A DNA stretch of 61,952 bases, the filler included, from Fonticula-like sp. SCN 57-25 (Eukaryota): the NCBI GenBank assembly GCA_001724245.1. It is 3 parts of 3 records of this genome, joined end to end, with 100 filler letters (N's around TTAATTAATTAA, not from the genome) between each part and the next. Parts side by side here need not be neighbours in the genome. Positions count along the whole stretch, not along the records: positions 42,548 to 61,952 come from MEDX01000099.1; 2 more parts are not named here. One strand, 5' to 3'. The notes under the pieces are model-generated. The model was not told the origin of the DNA. It saw only the letters and a list, made by a program, of their open reading frames with translations, and searched no databases. Positions 57,568-61,952 of the stretch are shown one piece after another. A program made the position numbers and the translations under genes. Each line of letters starts with the position of its first letter. Within the stretch, counting starts at the first letter, position 1.

Positions 57568-58821
57568 ATGGATCCGACGCGCGCGGGAGAATACGACTCG
57601 GCGCATGTTGTACCGCTCCTAAGTACCTCGTCAATGTCGGCCAGCGAGTCAAACTTTTCTCCTATGGAAGATTATGGCGATAATTCGCCCCAGCGCGAGT
57701 CGCAAGGGCCTGCGGTAAACGCCCGTGCGGTATGCCCACCGCCCCTCCCCGCAATGTTGACCGCGCAGACCGAGCTCACACCTCGCTCTCTCTGCTTTTC
57801 GTTTGTGCTCCTTTTTGTTGTTTCTGTGTTTTAGAATGCGTCTCGGATGCGTACCAGCATTCTCACGAGGCTCTGGCGCGAACTCCAGTCGTCGCGCATC
57901 GCCGTCGCCTACTATATTGTCAGCATGCTTGTGCAGGTACGCGACCCCTTGTTACGTCATCTGGCGATGAGCAAGTAATAACAGCCGATGATGTGTATAG
58001 GTGACCGCGTGCGCGACTGTTTTGCTGATGGAAAAGACGCTCCCGTGCGACACGCCTCTTCGTATTTTTCTTCTCGTGACCGCCATCGAAGTGTCGCTGC
58101 GCACGCCTCTTCACGTGTACCAGCGCATTTCGCGCCGCCCACAGCCGACCGACGCGTCGCAAGTGCCCGACGCCAACATGGCCGACCGCCTCATTTCCCT
58201 TTTGGAGTTTTTTGGCGTTATTTGGTTTGTGGCGGGAAACTGGTGGCTGTTCACATCGCAGACGTGCTCGGCATCGTCGCCGCTCGTGTACTTTATGTCG
58301 CTCGCCTTTGTCGTGCTCGGCTACTGCATCATGCTCCTTCCGCTGCTGCTCTGCATCGGAATGATCTGCTGCTTCCCGTGCCTGCTCATCGCCATGCGCT
58401 TTGTGCAGATCGAGTCGCCCCACGGCTCGCCCGCGACACTCATTCAATGTACGCACACTTTTCAGCATTTTGCCTTGGTCGCATTTTCTCTTCTTTTTTT
58501 GCACGTGTTCTTACTATTGGCTCCTTTTTGCTGTAGCCATCCCCGTTGAGACGTTCAAGCTTGGCGCGATTGCGCCCGAGGACGCCATGTGCGCCATCTG
58601 CCTTGCCGACTATGTGGACGGCGAGGAGCTCAAGCGCCTCCACTGCAACCACCATTTCCATAGCAAGTGCCTGGACGACTGGCTTCCGCTCAGCAAAAAG
58701 TGCGCCTCTTTTTCGCTCTGCTGCTTTGCTCATTCATGCCTCGCGTAGCTGCCCGCTGTGTATGCAAAAGATCGACGAACCGCTCCAGGGACAGCGTCCG
58801 AGCAACGCAGACAATGCGTGA
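57568..58821 (+). CDS. Multi-pass transmembrane RING-H2 E3 ubiquitin ligase
   Basis: CDTPLR, WFVAGNWW, CCFPC TM region; CAICLADY..LKRLHCNHHFHSKCLDDWL...CPLC. Confidence 0.88.
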
Positions 58822-58988
58822 GTGGCTCGCCCCTGCGCCTTTTCTTTCCCTCTTATAATTCGTGTACATAATGCGTGTTGCTCTTCCGCTCCTTTTACAT
58901 GCCGCCATTTCGAATCGGATTTCGCGTTTTTATTGGTTCCATATGGGTCTGTCCACACCCAAGAGGGTGCAAGAAGCATACAGGCCAC

Positions 58989-59595
58989 TTAGAAGACACC
59001 CGCAAAGGAGAGGGAGCCGACGACGGAGCCGATCCAGAGGCCGACGAGGGCGATGTCGAGGACGATGGCGCCAACGCCGCGGCCCTCAGCGCCCTTGGCG
59101 CGGTAGCCCGACGAGTAGAGGCGGCGGCCGAGCACGTACACGGCGCCGAGCGCGGCCGAGAAGAGCGGGTAGAAAGCGCCCGAGATGAGGAGCACGGCGA
59201 GCGCGCTGCCGACTGAGGTCCCACGTGCGTTAGACACGCAACCAAAAGAGACGGTTGTATGACGTACTGCCCTCGACGTAGTTGTAGTGAGCGCGCATGG
59301 CGTTGTTGAAGCGCTCCCAGTCCTTGTCGTTCAGCTTGGCGGCAGAGCGGCCGTTACCCATATCGGGGTAGCTGCGGACACACGATGGTTACTCACACTG
59401 GCCCGTCTTACCGACCCTGCCTAATGCGAGCAATACGTACTCGACCTTGAGCTCCTTGCGCAGCTTCATGATGGGCATGCCCTCGGCAACCACCTGGATG
59501 GCCATGGTCGCGGCCACAAGCGTGACCCAGCCAAACTGAGGGCCAATCGTCAGCGGAGCCGACACCGACACAGCCGCAACAATCTTGGACCACAT
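58989..59595 (-). CDS. MAPEG family (microsomal glutathione S-transferase-like) protein
   Basis: LRKELKVEYPDMGNGR, FNNAMRAHYNYVEG, GRRLYSSGY. Confidence 0.9.
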
Positions 59596-59700
59596 TCTCT
59601 CTCTGCTGCGATCGCAACTGCAATGACGCACACGACGAACCACTTGGTTGGACGCTTTTGATTGGTGGAGCCCAAATCTTGATGCTCATCAACAAATTGT

Positions 59701-59735
59701 CCACGTGGATTGATCGAACTGCCGTATCACGTGAC
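59701..59735. promoter_or_regulatory. Two CACGTG E-boxes (one TCACGTGAC) in the MAPEG/M28 bidirectional promoter
   Basis: CCACGTGG at 59701-59708 and TCACGTGAC at 59727-59735; ATTGG at ~59661. Confidence 0.35.
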
Positions 59736-59799
59736 GCGTGTATTTTGATTCGTCCATCGTCACGCGTCCCCGCCGCCGGTCCCGACAATCTAGCCGGCC

Positions 59800-61327
59800 A
59801 TGGCGCGTGTTTTGGTTGGCACGCTGCTGCTCGCGGCGCTCTTTGCCGCAGCTTCTGCTTCCAAGAGCGCGTTCCCCTTCAAGACCGCTCATGATATCCA
59901 AATTTGCGATGGCCTTATTGGCCAGGTGAAGCTTCACGAGGTTCGCAAGAGCATCCTCCTCGACTCTGACCGCCGCGCGTCGTGCATGCACCTGTCTCTG
60001 CTCGATGACCAGATCCCCTTCCTTGTCCGCACCCGCAGCGGTGACTTTGCGCACATGGTCTCGATGGTCGACACCGTTGCCTTTGTCGATCTCGAGCATC
60101 GCTACGCCGTCGCCGTCGTCCACCAGTCTCGCCTCACTCTCGGTACGTCCCTGTTGCCCTTCGGCCGATTTCTGACCCGGTGATCCCCTCTCAGCCACTG
60201 CCGCCATGGAGAACCTTGACGCGCGCGTCCTGCGCTCCAAGGCGCCCATTGTGAGCGCCAACGCTGCCCCGGCGATCACGGCTCCCAAGAAGACGGCTGC
60301 TCAGCTTGCCGAGAAGGACGACATCATCGCGAGCGTGAGCGATAGCGAGTACCAGTACATCCTGAATTCCATCTCTGGCAGCGATCCCCTTGACGTCGAG
60401 GGCATCACGTACAACATTGAGACGCGCTACACCGGCACGCGCCACAACGAGGTCGTCGGCGAGTACCTCTTCAACTACCTCAAGGACCTCGGCTTTGAGG
60501 CGTCCTACCAGGCGTTCCTGTACAACGGCAGCCCCGCCCGCAACATCATCGGCGTGAAGCGCGGCGCCAGCGACGACATTGTCGTCGTCGGCGCGCACAT
60601 GGACAGCACCTCGAACCAGCCCACGACGGACGCGCCGGGCGCCATCGACAACGGCAGCGGCACCGTCGGCGTCCTCCTCGCCGCGCAGGCCTTTGCCAAC
60701 GTGTCGGCGCACAACACCGTCCACTTTGTGCTCTTTGGCGTCGAGGAGCAGGGTCTCATCGGGTCAGAGTACTATGTCAGCCAGCTCGAGAGCAACGGCC
60801 ACAACGTCGTCAACGCGCTCGTCATGGACATGATCGGCTACTCGAGCAGCTATGTCGGCGTCATGATCGAGGGCGTCAGCGACGTACGATAATTGTTGAC
60901 TTTGTGTTTTTTTTTTGTTATTTTGGCCGTGTTGCCACTCTTTATGTTATCCTTTCGTCTCTATCCTCCCAACCGTGTGCTCATATTTTCTCAGCCCGCC
61001 ACGCGCTCCCTCATGAACGTCATGTCGAGCAACGTCGAGTCGCATGCCCCCGAGCTCTCCTGGACGTCGCGCTTCTACTCGTTCGGCTCGGACCACGTGC
61101 CGTTCCAGGAGGCCGGCATCCCGTGCTTCCTCGTACGCCCACTCTTGCTCACCCTCAAATAAAAACCACGTGGCTATACTGACTTAATCCTCTAGGCCAT
61201 CGAGCAGGACGAGACCGACTACCCCGGCTACCACAAGACGTCCGACACGACCGCGTACCTCCACAAGGAGCAGGCCGTCGGCATCACGCGCGCCATCCTC
61301 GGCACGCTCTACGACGTCGCAGTGTAA
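59800..61327 (+). CDS. Secreted/vacuolar M28 family aminopeptidase
   Basis: Signal peptide; VGAHMDS, PGAIDNGSG, VEEQGLIGS, MDMIGY, SDHVPF, YHKTSD. Confidence 0.92.
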
Positions 61328-61505
61328 GCCCGCGTGGTTGACCAGTGTTTAGAACATAATGAAATTGGTTAATAGGTAAGAAAGATATTAGTGCGGGTAT
61401 TGGGATTGGAAGCAGAAAAAGGGAAAAAAATGACTCGTGTATTGTCGAGTTGTGCGGTACATACAACGTCAAAAAGTAAAAGGGAATAGTGTTACAATAG
61501 CATCA

Positions 61506-61952
61506 TCACTTTTTCATCCACATGGACGCGCTGATTGACTGCGACCTCTGGACAGTCATTGGCTTGAGCTTGCCGTCGCTGCCCTCGTCGCTGCCGTCCT
61601 CCCCGTCCGTATCAATCCCAACGGGCACATTCAGCGCAAAGTCGGTCGCCTTGTACGGCCGGCCAATAGACGACAGCAACTCCACGCGCAGGTTGTACAG
61701 CATCCTATGCAAAGAAAGTAAGAACAAAAAAAAGCATAAAAAAGTGCGCACGAGTCGAGTGTATGCTCAATACGGCAGTGCATCTTTAATATCGGCAGCT
61801 CTAAAAGGCAAGTCAGCATCCAAATCAAATTCAACAAATGCAAACCACATTCACAGTTTTCACGTACGTGCCCATGTAGCCCTCTCCATTTTCTTTGCCT
61901 TTTGCCTGACCGACACAACGCTCGGGTTATCCATAATTGACGCATAGTCGGT
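61506..61952 (-). CDS. 3' end of an unidentified multi-exon gene extending beyond the window
   Basis: Exons splice in frame to ...MERATWA/QLPILKMHCRIEHTLDS/MLYNLRVELL...SMWMKK*. Confidence 0.55.

Overview
Compact, GC-rich, intron-containing eukaryotic genomic DNA with about 30 genes, short (~50 nt) GT-AG introns and many head-to-head pairs. Two 100-nt N/TTAATTAATTAA spacers (22750-22849, 42448-42547) split the window into three assembly pieces. The gene set combines a fungal-type Spt23/Mga2 factor with MED25, TBC1D7, FAM21/WASHC2 and MCFD2, which suggests an early-diverging holomycotan or other unicellular opisthokont (inference). Most genes are housekeeping: BCKDHB, DJ-1, site-2 protease, MCM5, PP2A-B56, SF3B3, NDUFB9, an inositol transporter, a MAPEG protein and an M28 peptidase. 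The standout locus is a tandem array of three paralogues at 25508-32459. The two outer genes encode cold-shock-like domain + Q/P/Y/G low-complexity region + NYN/LabA-type nuclease + unusual zinc fingers + acidic tract + UBA-like tail. The middle gene is an intact, chimeric copy with no nuclease domain. Also notable: a probably membrane-anchored, catalytically degenerate Hsp70 ATPase-domain-only protein, helically phased AATCAG arrays upstream of many start codons, a UBL-WW-WW protein and a ~0.7-kb tandem repeat. All domain calls come from motif recognition by eye; no searches were run.
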